DNA of 64,000 bases from a virus. Its lineage: Duplodnaviria > Heunggongvirae > Uroviricota > Caudoviricetes. This document shows, piece after piece, positions 30,497 through 41,200 of the stretch; positions within the stretch are counted from its first letter, which is position 1, and each line of letters starts with the position of its first letter. Both the position numbers and the translations under genes were made by a program. The stretch covers positions 32,877 through 96,876 of the IMG/VR virus record IMGVR_UViG_3300047163_000032; one strand, given 5' to 3'. The notes under the pieces are model-generated. The model made no database searches. It was not told where the DNA came from and was given only the letters and a program-made list of their open reading frames with translations.

Positions 30497-31423
30497 GTGG
30501 CCAAACAAAACATGCTGGCCCGGAGGACGTTCCCTGAACTCTCTCCGGAACTTAATCAATGGCTTTCGACCGTTACTGACAGTCTAAACAGTATCGCGGG
30601 CTACAACGGTCCAGCCTACGTCAACGATCATTTATCGATTGAGGGAAACCGACTGATGAATGTCGGAACCCCGGTTTCTTCGACCGACGCCATATCCAGC
30701 GGTCACGCCGAATCAAAATACTCTGCCAGCTCCCTTCAGCCGCAACTGGAGATTGGCGGTTCAGCCCCTCTCAACAGCTACCGCGTTCTTAATAGTCGAG
30801 CGCAGCAGGAGCAGTACAGCAGCCACTTGAACAGCCTTATGTCGGCGGTTGGCAACGCCAATACAATTGTGCCCACGGTTTCGACATCGGGCGGATCATC
30901 CACTATTACAATCCCAGCCAGCATTTTCCAATACTCGGACGGCAGCAAGAAGTATTTCCCCGGACGGAGCGACACGGTTTCCAACCCCGCCTCTTTCACC
31001 ATTTCCACTTGGTCGGTTACCGCAGGGGTGGCGACGGTCAACACGACCGCGACAAACACCGTGGCCTTGAACGGTTCGGTGACAATCACGGGATCGGGGG
31101 GAATCGATGGAACATGGCCGGTTGTGGGAGTGGCAAGCGGGACACAGTTTACTATCTCTGTGCCGTTTGGGAATAATACGGGATTAGGTGGAACGGTGGC
31201 TACGGGAAGCGTGTTCTACTACACCGCAATTAGAAATAACCCCATTCTCCAAATCAACTCGGTTCCATCCACGTCAGATACGCCTTACAATCGATTGCCG
31301 ATTTCCAACGACCAAAAGCAGTTGGTCTGCATCGTGACGTTGAACAGTTCAGGATCGGTTTCGGGCGGTTCTGCTGGCGGGGGAACGCCGACGAATGCCG
31401 CAAACGGTGGCTCTTTCTTCTAA
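30497..31423 (+). CDS. hypothetical tail fibre-like protein (Ser/Thr/Gly-rich)
   Basis: ORF track. Confidence 0.45.
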   Translation: MAKQNMLARRTFPELSPELNQWLSTVTDSLNSIAGYNGPAYVNDHLSIEGNRLMNVGTPVSSTDAISSGHAESKYSASSLQPQLEIGGSAPLNSYRVLNSRAQQEQYSSHLNSLMSAVGNANTIVPTVSTSGGSSTITIPASIFQYSDGSKKYFPGRSDTVSNPASFTISTWSVTAGVATVNTTATNTVALNGSVTITGSGGIDGTWPVVGVASGTQFTISVPFGNNTGLGGTVATGSVFYYTAIRNNPILQINSVPSTSDTPYNRLPISNDQKQLVCIVTLNSSGSVSGGSAGGGTPTNAANGGSFF

Positions 31424-31453
31424 TCAGTAGCGATACAATTTGCAAACGAGAGT

Positions 31454-31798
31454 TTGCTTGCTTGGATTAGAATGGCGTTTATGGGAGGAAGGACAATGGC
31501 AAAGATGTGGCGCGTGGTGTGGACTATTGAAGGGCTAGCTAGACGCAACCGCAAAGGAAAATTCTCAAAGACTTTTCCAAACGGCGGATGGATCGGTTTT
31601 TATACCCCATTTGGCGCTGTGGCTTTTTGTTTCAACTCGGAAAACGCAAAAATCCATTTAACGGAAACAGGGTTCACTTTGATGTGGGGCAAACACTCGC
31701 AGAAAGCAAGTGAGGATTACTATCCTCATTCCTCTGGAAGCCGTTTCACCATCGACCATCCAATGCTCTTTGCTCAATACGAGCAGGTTGTCTCGTAG
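31454..31798 (+). CDS. hypothetical protein
   Basis: ORF track. Confidence 0.35.
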   Translation: MLAWIRMAFMGGRTMAKMWRVVWTIEGLARRNRKGKFSKTFPNGGWIGFYTPFGAVAFCFNSENAKIHLTETGFTLMWGKHSQKASEDYYPHSSGSRFTIDHPMLFAQYEQVVS

Positions 31799-31809
31799 GT
31801 TTCTCGCTC

Positions 31810-32076
31810 ATGGACATCAAAGTGGTGGACACAAAAGATCACGGTTTGACAGGCTATTTGGAGATCACGATCCAAGCGGTCGAGACGACTGATACAGGAA
31901 CGCGGGAAGGGCCGCTGCGGACTTACGGCATCGCCTCCGAAATCATCCACTCCGGGTACGGCGGGAGCTTGGAGAACTGGTTGCAGGCGGTCAAAACCGA
32001 GCACCTGAAGCAGCACGGACTCCATACGTCGGTAGTCCAACAGTTGCACTCGATGAAAGGGAAGGTGATTGAGTAG
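31810..32076 (+). CDS. hypothetical protein
   Basis: ORF track. Confidence 0.3.
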   Translation: MDIKVVDTKDHGLTGYLEITIQAVETTDTGTREGPLRTYGIASEIIHSGYGGSLENWLQAVKTEHLKQHGLHTSVVQQLHSMKGKVIE

Positions 32077-32109
32077 TACAATCTGCGTACTGAGGATTGA
32101 GGAAATTCC

Positions 32110-32307
32110 ATGATGAACCCCAACGAGTACATCAAGCGGTTTGTGAGCGAAGAGGAAGTCCACCGACAGTTCGCCCTTATTCCAGCAACGCGGCGCTATA
32201 TTATGGAGGCCATTGATGTTGTTAACGTCTTGGATTACGAGACGGGCGTAGTGTATATCGACTGCAAATCGAAATTAAATCCCGTCTTAACGGACTTCAA
32301 TGTTTGA
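32110..32307 (+). CDS. hypothetical small protein
   Basis: ORF track. Confidence 0.3.
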   Translation: MMNPNEYIKRFVSEEEVHRQFALIPATRRYIMEAIDVVNVLDYETGVVYIDCKSKLNPVLTDFNV

Positions 32308-32974
32308 CAAGTGGCCCTACCAGACTGATAAAGTAGCTCTTCTTCCCTACGAGCGCAAAAACCTCGTCTTCCCGGACGATTTGCTCTACAAAGCCTACCT
32401 AAAGACCAAAGAGCAAAATCTGCTTGAGGTCGCCTTCCCTGGAATCCCCGACATCAACTTCGACAAGTTCATGGGTTGCATGTTGAGAAACGCGACTCAG
32501 GTGTACACCGTTAAGAATGGGGATGAACCGATTACGGCCGGTTTATGTTTCGTCTACAACGTGGATGGAGAGCCCGGAGCACGGATGGCCCACTTCGGTT
32601 TTTGGTTTTTCAGAGAGTGGCAGGCCAAGAGAGAGACGCGAGATTTGGTGTGGCTGTGTCTGGCGTACTGGTTTCTGGAGTTGAAGATCGACATCTTGTA
32701 CGGGGTGACTTTAGCCTCGAATCACCTTGCCAAGAACTTTTCCCGGAACTTTGGATTTATCAATCATGGGGTGATGCCTGAATTTCTTTGTCGCGGAGAT
32801 CATCGAGTTGATGCTAACGTTGTGTCATTGCGGAAATCGGACTTTGTACCACGGTTTGATGTCTGGCACAAAAAGAAATTGGCGGAGATGAACAATGGGC
32901 AGCACCAAGGGCGGAACGTCATCGACTCAAAAGAGCGAGAAGGGCATCGCTCAGGATTTGACGCAGAGTTTTAA
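32300..32974 (+). CDS. putative GNAT-family N-acetyltransferase
   Basis: C-terminal segment ILYGVTLASNHLAKNFSRNFGF resembles GNAT motif A/B (..N..A..F..K.GF). Confidence 0.45.
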   Translation: MFDKWPYQTDKVALLPYERKNLVFPDDLLYKAYLKTKEQNLLEVAFPGIPDINFDKFMGCMLRNATQVYTVKNGDEPITAGLCFVYNVDGEPGARMAHFGFWFFREWQAKRETRDLVWLCLAYWFLELKIDILYGVTLASNHLAKNFSRNFGFINHGVMPEFLCRGDHRVDANVVSLRKSDFVPRFDVWHKKKLAEMNNGQHQGRNVIDSKEREGHRSGFDAEF

Positions 32975-33470
32975 CACGCTCACGCAGGAAGGGCAGCAGG
33001 AGTTCAACCTCACTTTCCCCGGTTTGGAGACGGCGGAAAATTACGAATCGAAGTTGGCTTCGGGAGACCCCGGAGCGATTTCAAGGGCTGTCGCGCCAGC
33101 GGTTCAGCAAATCGACGCATCCTCGGAAGCCACTAAAAAGAGAATCGATCAGGACTCCGCAAGGGGTGGGGCAAAGAACCTTGCGTTGGCGGAGAACGAG
33201 ATCAACAAGGGCGCTCAAATCGGACAAGCGTCTTCAGGGGCGTACTTGAATTCATTCAACTCGCTTGCCGGGTTAGCGCAACAGGGTGAAGGCGCGGCAC
33301 AGGGGTTGTCGGGGGCTGCGATTGGGGCGGCTGAAGGGGCCGGTACTCAATATTCAAATGTTGCAAGCCAGCAAGCGGCGGCGAAGGCTTCTCAAATGGG
33401 CGCAGTTGGCGATCTGGTTGGAGCCGCAGGAACGGTCGGTGGAGCGGCAGCGGGGAACCCAAACAAGTAA
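32895..33470 (+). CDS. hypothetical Ala/Gly/Gln-rich protein (possible internal virion protein)
   Basis: ORF track; overlaps 3' end of previous ORF in another frame. Confidence 0.4.
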   Translation: MGSTKGGTSSTQKSEKGIAQDLTQSFNTLTQEGQQEFNLTFPGLETAENYESKLASGDPGAISRAVAPAVQQIDASSEATKKRIDQDSARGGAKNLALAENEINKGAQIGQASSGAYLNSFNSLAGLAQQGEGAAQGLSGAAIGAAEGAGTQYSNVASQQAAAKASQMGAVGDLVGAAGTVGGAAAGNPNK

Positions 33471-33491
33471 TCCGATAGTTGGACAAACATT

Positions 33492-35192
33492 ATGCCGATA
33501 GAGACTCCGCAGCTAAATTTCACGCCGTATAAGCCAGACCCGGCTAACGCGCCACAAGTGCCTCAAATCAACCCTCCGACTCAGCCGAACACAACAGAAG
33601 GGTTTATCCCTAAATCGGGAGCGGTTGCCCATGTGGTGACCGACGCGGTTCGAGGATGGATGCAGGGTAGAGAGATTGCCCAGCAAAACCAGCAAAAAAA
33701 GGCGCAGCAGCACATCCAGACCGCTGATTACGTCTACAACATCACCAAAGACAACTACAACGACCTATTGAGACAGGGCAAGGCAAAAGACTCACCCGAG
33801 GTACAGCAGGCATATCAAGCTGCGGTTGGCGCGTGGCAGGCCCGCAATCAGGTTTTGGGACAGTATGTGGCTCCCGATCAAGGCGAGAAGCCAAAGGGCG
33901 TTGGAGGAAAAGCGAAGGCTGCGGTCAAGGGCGTAGGGAAGGAGATGTTTGGTTCTCTGACTCCGCAGATGATTCCACAGGCGGCGATGGCTATTTTGAA
34001 GAACCAGCCTCCTCCCGGTTTGGGCATGACGGTTGACGACAATCTGAAGACCGAGGAACTGAAAGGAATCAAGACTCAGAACGAGTCGAGCGAGTTGAAA
34101 CTTCAACAAGAGAAGAAAGACGTTGAGGTCAAGAACGAGTGGACGACACTCTCGCAGATTCCGGTAGATAAGCAGAGCCCGGAGCAGAAGCAGAAATTGC
34201 GGATGCTCGACAGCATTATGACCGGGCCAGTGACTCCGGACAAACAACTGGAGTACGACACCGCCGCCGCGATTAGCGCGAACAAGCCGTTGACGGACGC
34301 GCAAAGACAGATTGCTTACGGCAAGGGATGGCTACAGGCTCCGCAGGTGCTTCAGACTCAGGACGGGTTGAACAACTACATTACGTCGATTGGGCCGGAC
34401 GGCAAGCAGTTGTGGAAGACGAAGGTGGGACGACAGTACCGCGAGGATCAGGCTGCGGCTGCGGGTCGGGTGATGCAGGCTCAGCAGGAAAATATGTTCC
34501 ACCTGTACCAAAAGGCCAACCCGGACATGTCGGACTCCGATCTGTGGAAGATGGTTTCGGGCGGTCTGGCAAAGAACAACGAATGGGTGAAGCACCTGCT
34601 TGGCGACGATCCAAAGAAAACAGAAGAGCAGAACGTTGCGCTCGACAAGGCCATGCACAAGGTTTGGGCCGATGCGCTGAAGGGGCCAAACGGCAAGGCG
34701 ATTACCGACTCTTGGACGAATTTAGTTAAACCCCCGCCAGACGGCAATATGGCAGGACAATTCGTGTTTGACGGGACGATAGCCCCCCCAACGGTGGAGA
34801 CGCATTGGTTTAGTCCAGATACGCAGAGTTACGCCGGAGGGTTGGATGCGGCAGGATTGAAGACAAACGCGGAAAGACTCAGGATATTGCTTGCCGGGGC
34901 GATGCGGGACGCCAACCCGAAGATGTCGGTGGACGAGATTCAGTCTGCGGTGGAAAGGGCCGTTCGTTTGCCGGAACCCAGTAATTCGGGGCCGCAATCA
35001 AGTGGGGATGGTGCGTCAAAACCAACTAACATGAGTCCCCCGCCCGGCATGAGGTCAACAGGCATAGGGTTTATGCCTAACGCAAACACGCCTCAACAGA
35101 TGAGTTCTTATCCCCAAGAGACGCGCACATACCAAGGGGCTACCTACGTCAAAGACGCATCGGGTCAATGGGTTCTTCAGGAAGACCGGTAA
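33492..35192 (+). CDS. hypothetical structural / internal virion protein (566 aa)
   Basis: ORF track. Confidence 0.45.
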   Translation: MPIETPQLNFTPYKPDPANAPQVPQINPPTQPNTTEGFIPKSGAVAHVVTDAVRGWMQGREIAQQNQQKKAQQHIQTADYVYNITKDNYNDLLRQGKAKDSPEVQQAYQAAVGAWQARNQVLGQYVAPDQGEKPKGVGGKAKAAVKGVGKEMFGSLTPQMIPQAAMAILKNQPPPGLGMTVDDNLKTEELKGIKTQNESSELKLQQEKKDVEVKNEWTTLSQIPVDKQSPEQKQKLRMLDSIMTGPVTPDKQLEYDTAAAISANKPLTDAQRQIAYGKGWLQAPQVLQTQDGLNNYITSIGPDGKQLWKTKVGRQYREDQAAAAGRVMQAQQENMFHLYQKANPDMSDSDLWKMVSGGLAKNNEWVKHLLGDDPKKTEEQNVALDKAMHKVWADALKGPNGKAITDSWTNLVKPPPDGNMAGQFVFDGTIAPPTVETHWFSPDTQSYAGGLDAAGLKTNAERLRILLAGAMRDANPKMSVDEIQSAVERAVRLPEPSNSGPQSSGDGASKPTNMSPPPGMRSTGIGFMPNANTPQQMSSYPQETRTYQGATYVKDASGQWVLQEDR

Positions 35193-35236
35193 GTTCGCGG
35201 TAGCGGCTTAGGGGTGTTTCGCGTTACCCTTCATTC

Positions 35237-38200
35237 GTGCCAGTCGATAACACAAATCCGCCGAAGACGCTACCCCCTGATTTTGATAATTGGGATAAAC
35301 CCTCTGGGAAACCACCGAAAACCCTTCCCGCCAATTTCTCGGGCTGGGACAAGCCTGCGCCTACGCGGTCTACAGGCATTGGGGAAATGCCTGCGCTACC
35401 TCAGCGTAAACTTGATCCGCTTGAGCGAGCGGGCCAGTACCTTTTTGGGAAGCCGCAGGAGATGCAGCCGCCGCCACAGAGCGCGTTCGATAAGAACAAA
35501 GCATGGGCGCAATCAGGCACGTACAAGACCGCGTTGGAGCCAGCGGAGGAACAGAGGTTTCAGGCGTGGGTTAAGCAGAACAACGTCCCGTGGCAGGACA
35601 CTCCAGACGCTGACTACGACATGCGCGGATATTGGAAGGCGCAGCAGTCCGGCGATAAGAACGCGAAACAGTCAAAGAACGCGAATGACGGGAAGATGCA
35701 CTTCCCTGACACGTACAAGACGCCGTACCACAAGTCGTTTTCGAACGAGAGCCAGTACGCGTTGCCCAACGCGCCGAAGTGGAACGATCAGGATCAGTTG
35801 GTCGATTCAACCGGAAAGGTTGTGTTCGACGAGCGGCACCCGATGCCAGAGGCTACGGGCAATCTTCAGTCATACGACGAGGGGGTTGTCGGGAAAACGC
35901 TGCGACGGATTGGAGAACTACCAACCGGAACAGGGGTAAACCTCAAGACCGCATGGGATCGGTTGTGGGGCGGCTCTGAAGGGGAAATTGACCGGAGACA
36001 GGCGCATCGCGAACGAATCAATGCGGAAAGTTCAGCCAATGCAGGATTATTGGAAGGCGTTCCACTTGAGATTCCGGGTATAGGGTATATCGACGCTGGA
36101 AAGACATTGAAGGCGGCAGCGGCCGTAACCGAGGGCGTTGGTGAAAACCTTTCAGACCAAATGATGAATCCCGGCAACCTTGCGCTGATGTTTGCAGGGC
36201 CAGCTAGAGGACTGGTTGCGGCAGAGAGCGAAGTTGCTCCGATTGCCGGAAAGGTCGAAAAGACTCTCGGGACTCTCGCTCATTACGGTTTTACCGCACA
36301 GATGACCTATGGAGCGGGACAGGCTGCGGTTGCGTCTGGACAAGCGTTTGCCAAAGGAGACTACGAATCCGGCTTGCGGCTTGCGGTTGACGGCTTAGTA
36401 TCCGGAACGATGGCGTTTGCTGGAGTCACCGATGCGATAGCCCAGAAGCGCGTCCACGATCAACTGAATACCGAAGCTCAGGCTCGCTACAAAGCACCAT
36501 TCGACAAGCTGGAGCCGCATGAGAAGGCGGATGTGGTCTATCAGGCGGCAATGAAGTCGCCGATGGGGATTGATCTTCAGAGGGCTCACCGTGAAGGTCT
36601 GCGCCCACCACCAAAGAGTGTGTCCGACGAATTGGCCCAAAGGGTTCAGGATGACTTGGAACAGCAGCGCCAGCGGTTAGGGGCACTTGCCAACCAAGAC
36701 GTTGATGAAGACACCCTAGAGGCCGACAGGCGCTACCGTGAGGGCATAGGGAAGGTCTCTGCTGATGGCAGAGAGGTTCCACCGGTCAAGCCGGAAGGCT
36801 ACGATGACCGGCAACGCGCTTTGCCAGCGTTCCCGACTATTTGGGAAGCGTCTGCGGATCGTAAAGCAAGAGAGCAGCGTGAATCGGAAGCTAAGGCTGA
36901 AAACGATAAGCGGATAGACGAACAGTACACCCAGCGTATCCGAGAACTGACCAGACCACGCGAACGGGTTGAACCGTACATCCTCGATGTCCCTGTACTC
37001 TCTGAAGCCGAACGCAAGATCATGCGGCAAGAAGAAGCAGAGCATCAGGCACGGTTGGCACTTGCGAGAGAGCAGGCTATTGAGGCCCAGCAAAAAGCCG
37101 ATGCGGAGAGACGGGCACAGGACGGGGAAAAGCCTCAGCCGTACTCGGTAATCGACCGCAGGGCTGTTCCTCTTGAGTCAATCCAGAACGAGGTAGCAAA
37201 GGCTCCCGACACCCCGGAAATTCTGGCGCACAAGAAGTACACGGATGACCTCGATTCAGCCGCAAGCAGTATCACCAATGGACGGTTTGGGGCGGAGACT
37301 CTTCACGAGCAGTTGACCAACCGGATTGCTTATGGCTACAAACCGACTCCGGAGGAACAGGACTTCCGTTCGATGTACGCAAGAAGAAGACACTTCGAGC
37401 GGTCTCCGGAGTTTGCCAAGTACGCAACGGAGGTAGTAGCGAAGATTGACCGGGATGCGGCACAGGACATTCTGAAGACCGCAGCAAGAGAGTCGGAACT
37501 TCGTGATGCGGAGAGAGCGTTTCGTGAGAAGGCATTGCAGGCTACCGATCCAGAAGAGATCGACCAGCACATGCAGGACGCGATGAAGGCTCGTGAGTAC
37601 GCGGAGAAAGCGCAGACCGAAAGAGAACACCGTCAGGCCGAACTAGCTGCGGCTCAGGAGCCCGAGCAGGTTATCCCCAATAGGGGAAATGTCAACGTGC
37701 TACTCGGAAGGAAGACCGAGATTATTTTGCCAGACGGTCGCAAAATTCCAGCTAGGTATGCTGGAGTGCGCGTAAGTCAAGTAATTCCTTCGCATGATCC
37801 GTTTAGCTTTGAATGGAACGAAAAGTTTGAGCCGCGAAAGATGCAGCCTCGCGACTACAAAACTAATTTGGAAGCGCAGGCATCATTGATGACGCGCTCT
37901 AAGCGGGAAAACTTCATTCTGTCCCTACTTGTTTCCGACGATCCTACTGGACAGCAAGGATTTCCCGTCATGCTTTCTGACGGTCGGCTGCCCGGAGGCA
38001 ACGGGCGTTTCATCGCTGAAGTAAGGGCGATGCAGGAAGACCCAACGCTTGCGAGACGCATCCATGCCGAGCTAGGAAAGTTCGACATCCCGACCGAAGA
38101 CACCTTTGACGATCAAGACCCTATTATCGGTGTCCGACTGTTGGACTACACCCCGGAGGACGTGAGCGATTTAATCAAGTTGGGAAGCGACCTAAACCGC

Positions 38201-41200
38201 GACTTCATGCTGGGCATGAGCCAGGACGAACAGGCGTCGATGAACGCCGAGCGGTTGACTCCGGAGAATGTAGAGAGAATCAGCGGTTGGCTGGAATCGA
38301 TGCCTGAAGGTTCGAGCCTGAAGGACATGTTCAAGAGGAGATCGAAGCAGGTTCTTGACCTGATGGTCGAGAGCGGCATTATTCCGGAGAACAAGCGTGT
38401 CGAGTGGATGAACTCTGACGGTACGGAGATGACCGAAAGAGCGACGACTACGTTCGAGAACATGATGTTGGGCAAGGCGGTTGGCGACCCTGCATTGCTG
38501 TCTCAGGCATCGGCTGACATCAGAAACAAACTGGCAAGATCGTTGACCGGATGGATCAAGATTCAGGGCGCTTCAGATGATTGGCAGATTCAGAGCAACT
38601 TGCAAGAGGCTTTGCGGATTTGGCACCAGATCGAAACGGTCAAGCCAGAGCTAAGCATGATCGGCAAAAGCTCCGACTCTATCGTGGACAAGTTCTTTCA
38701 CCCGGAAAAATACAAGATGGGAACCGGGTTTATGGACTTCGGAGACGACCAAGGAGTACGACCGCTACCTGATTCAACCACGCTGGCGATTGTGCAGATG
38801 TTGGATAGGATTCCGCTGCACGTCAAGCGGATGGTGGAAGATTACGCCGACGATGCTGAGGGCTTGCAGGCATCTCTGATGGAAAGACCGTCTCCGGTTG
38901 AGAGTTTTAACCGGGCCATAGGCGAGAAGGTTGGAGTAGAGGTTCACCCAGCTGAATGGAAGATGACCCGTCCCTTGGATGAGGGAACAAAGCGGTTGTG
39001 GGATCAGAACCAGCGTCCGGTCAAGGAAGCCCCTGAGAAGGCTCCAGAGGCCAAGAAGGAGCTTACTCCCCCGCCGACCAAAGAGAAGGGCTTAAAACCG
39101 CCTCCAGCAGCCAAGAAAGGGGAACTGGTTCCACCACCACAACCAATCTCTAAGGCTGTTCAGAAGAAGCTGGATCAGCTACCGGTCACAGGAGCCGTTA
39201 AGGGCGCTTCTCAGAGCTTGGCGCTGGGTAAGGTAGGCAACGACATAGGGAAGGTCACAGCGGCCATCCAGCAAGCGTGGCAGGGTATCCCAGAGCTTCA
39301 GGATGCCTACACTCAAGCGCGAGAGAATGCGATCAGGCAGCCTACCCCGGAGAACATTGCCAACGCGGAACAAGCGAAGGCGAACCTTTCGTGGAAGTTG
39401 GGTGATGTTCACGCTTTGGAGACACACAAGGCGTGGCTGGACAGTCTTCCGGCTGGGGCGCTTGACCCGGCTCCAGAGATTCTTCAAAGCGGCAAGACTC
39501 AGAGCGTTTCAAGCGAGGTGCTGGCGAATTACGCCAAGTTGAATAGCGGGGCGACGATCACCGGCAACGGCACGGTTAAGGCTGTTGAGGTGGACGGGCG
39601 GTTGTTCACGGTTGTCAGTGCTGGAAAAGACGGCTTGACGATGGTTCCGCTGTACACCCCGAAGGAGTGGGGAAACCGAATCAAAGGGAAAACCGTTTCT
39701 GCCGAGAATGGCTATCGCGGCTACAAGGTGAAGTTCAAGGGGAAGGACTACATCCTTGGCGGTCGTGAGTCGGAGTGGAAGTTGACTCGTGGTGAGTCCT
39801 CAGAAGAACAAGAGTTCAAAATCGGCACGGCTTTCAGAAAAGGCCAGCCTGTAAGCAGCGATCAACTCAGGACGTTCCTAGAGGATCATCCGAATACTTC
39901 GAAATATGCCGATGCGTTGATGCGGGTGTTGACCGAGGTAATGCCCCGCGCTACGGGGAAGACGTTGGATGAGTTCATTCGCGACCACGTGGACAATGTT
40001 GCTTTTTACAAAGAGCAGGATTTCCGCGACCAGTTCCCAGAGAGCCGGATGGCGAAGAGCGAGAATACTGTTCGCGGGATGATGGCCCCTGCGGTTGACC
40101 CTGCTAAGCGCGTAATCATGCTCTTTGAGAAGTCTCAGCCAGCCACGGTTTTGCATGAATTTTTTCATGTCATGCGTCCAAATTTGCTACCGGAATATCA
40201 GGCCGTTCTTGAAGACTTTGCTGGCGTTGAAAAGGTAAAAAATGCAAAAGGCGAACTGGTTCCAGATTGGACAATAGAAGCCGAAGAAAAAGTGGCACGG
40301 GCATGGGAGAAGTACCACTACGACGGCAAGGCTCCTACGTCGGCCCTGAAGGCGGTTTTCGACCACCTGAAGGAGCTATTCCACTCGGTCTACAAGATCG
40401 TCAAGAAGTCTGCGATTGATGTGAAGATTTCCCCGGCAGTCAGGGAAATGTTTGACCAGTGGTATGGCAAGGAGCCGCAAGAATTAAAGCCGCCACCGCC
40501 AAAACCTTATGACAGCAACGAATTAAATACACTAGCCGATTCATTGCGTAGCGCCTCGACCCAACCGCTCACTGTCCGAGTTGTCCGATGGGAAGTTCCA
40601 AGCAATGAAACAATTAGTGGCGGAACATGGGCGCTGATACACAACGATGCAGCCGATAGCAACAATCCGTACACCAAGTCTTTCGGTGAGTCCCGCGTTG
40701 AAAAAAAGACTACCGTAACTCTAAGGCGACCTCTTGCAGTAGAAATAGGAAACTTAGACGCAAACAACACGGAAAGTATAAGTAATTCCATCATCGAAAA
40801 ATTGGCCCCGTTCGCAAACGATGGCGTGACTAGCGTTCAAGACATGGAATCGCTGATTCAAGGAGACAACGATGAATTCGTTGAGGAGTCTTTAGGAATC
40901 CCAAAAGGAACAATTGAACGAGGCCGTAAAGCCCAAGATGCGTCTGGTGCTAACGACGCTATCGCAGTTGAATTGCTGAGAACGAACGGCTACGACGGAG
41001 CGGTGCAGATTCCGCAAGGAGGTGGCGTTAACGCGGAAGTTATCGTGCTTGATCGCTCCGCGTTTGACAACAAGCCAAAAACAAAGGGGATCAAGGCTCC
41101 ACCGCCGTCTTCACTGTCTACCGACATCACTCCACAGGAGAGAGAATCGGCTTCGATGGTTGCGGATGGTGGAGCGGATATCTCGACACGGTTGGGAGAG

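Noticed and set aside
35214-35939. 241-aa ORF overlapping the start of the giant gene
   Set aside because: Extremely Arg/Ser/Thr-rich translation in a frame overlapping the 3626-aa ORF; judged a shadow frame.
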